Positions 63,338 through 64,000 of a stretch of 64,000 bases of DNA are shown here, piece by piece. The stretch is from the NCBI GenBank assembly GCA_965247115.1, contig CBDFGR010000001.1, forward strand, positions 96,001-160,000, read 5' to 3'. The notes beneath the pieces are model-generated. The model worked only from the letters and a program-made list of their open reading frames with translations, did no database searches and was not told the origin of the DNA. Every line of letters starts with the position of its first letter. The stretch's first letter is position 1. A program made the position numbers and the translations under genes. This DNA comes from Myxococcota bacterium (GTDB taxonomy: Bacteria > Myxococcota_A > UBA9160 > SZUA-336).

Positions 63338-64000
63338 TTGGCGACGGAGCTGGCGACTCCTGCGAGCGAGGCCGAGGCACCCTTGCGTCACGAGAGTCTG
63401 GTCAACGAGAACCTCGAGTTCATGGCGCGACTCTCGCTTATCGAGCAAGCGCTCCCCCTCCTGCGCATGCGTGGGCTGGGGCGTATCGCGGAAGCCGTTC
63501 TGTCGCTTCTGTGCGCGGAGGCTGGCGCACCGGATGGCGTGATCTGGGGGAACGCAACAGGCGGGGAGAGCTTGGAGCTGCTGGCAACCCGCGGGAACAC
63601 GCGTGTCGCCGAGGAGCCGCGCTACTGGTCGGACCCTCGCGTCCAGGCGGGCGAAGCATTGCACTCGGGCCACGCGGTGCGCGTGGCGGCCGAGTCGGGG
63701 GCTGCGGCGCGGGTCCTGGTTCCGTGCGACGATGGAGATCAGCTGCTGGCGGTGGCCAGGCTCTCAGGCTGGGAGGCCGGAAGTGAGCCCTCCGAACGGG
63801 TCCTCCTGGCCTGCGAGAAGATCGCCGAGATCGGCACGCTCGCGTTCCAGGCGAGCGGCGAGCGTACGAAGAACTCAGCCTCGAGCGTGCGGGACCAGGA
63901 GACAGATCTGCCGACCTGCGCCTTCCTGGAGGAGGTGGCGAAGACCGAGCTGCCAAAGGCCCGCCGCTTCGGTCGGCGGATCTCACTGATCTGCCTCGAT
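63338..64000 (+). CDS. GAF-like + GGDEF-domain protein (3'-truncated)
   Basis: TTG start after GAGGAGG; the window ends ...RDQETDLPTCAFLEEVAKTELPKARRFGRRISLICLD, which resembles the start of a GGDEF domain. Confidence 0.7.
   Translation, partial: MATELATPASEAEAPLRHESLVNENLEFMARLSLIEQALPLLRMRGLGRIAEAVLSLLCAEAGAPDGVIWGNATGGESLELLATRGNTRVAEEPRYWSDPRVQAGEALHSGHAVRVAAESGAAARVLVPCDDGDQLLAVARLSGWEAGSEPSERVLLACEKIAEIGTLAFQASGERTKNSASSVRDQETDLPTCAFLEEVAKTELPKARRFGRRISLICLD

Overview
High-GC bacterial chromosomal segment. The gene set (MglA-type GTPase, PilT, Ser/Thr kinase, ftsH-cdaA-cdaR-glmM-pdxJ-acpS-nnr-tsaE-lysC order) suggests a Myxococcota/deltaproteobacteria-like organism; this is an inference. 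It is mostly core housekeeping: recG, alaC-hom-thrC-glpX-ribE, bS22, a histone H1-like protein, rpoZ, dgt, queE, thiC, tRNA-Met, tilS, iscS-mnmA-rnc-era, an acyl-CoA carboxylase/IcmF/methylmalonyl-CoA mutase/MeaB block, ribBA, a MoxR-VWA pair and miaB. No transposase, integrase, prophage or CRISPR array was seen. The most interesting signals are mostly non-coding or single-residue: (1) a ~100-bp three-hairpin REP-like family in 7 copies with compensatory base changes, whose 3' flanks are C-poor on the element strand even inside adjacent genes, suggesting local strand-specific mutagenesis; (2) a candidate stand-alone structured sRNA with its own promoter and terminator upstream of miaB; (3) apparent pseudoenzymes, namely a DivL-like His-to-Tyr kinase, an AcpS lacking catalytic acids, and a large disordered protein with a degenerate DHH domain. 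Start codons were chosen by eye and some are approximate.
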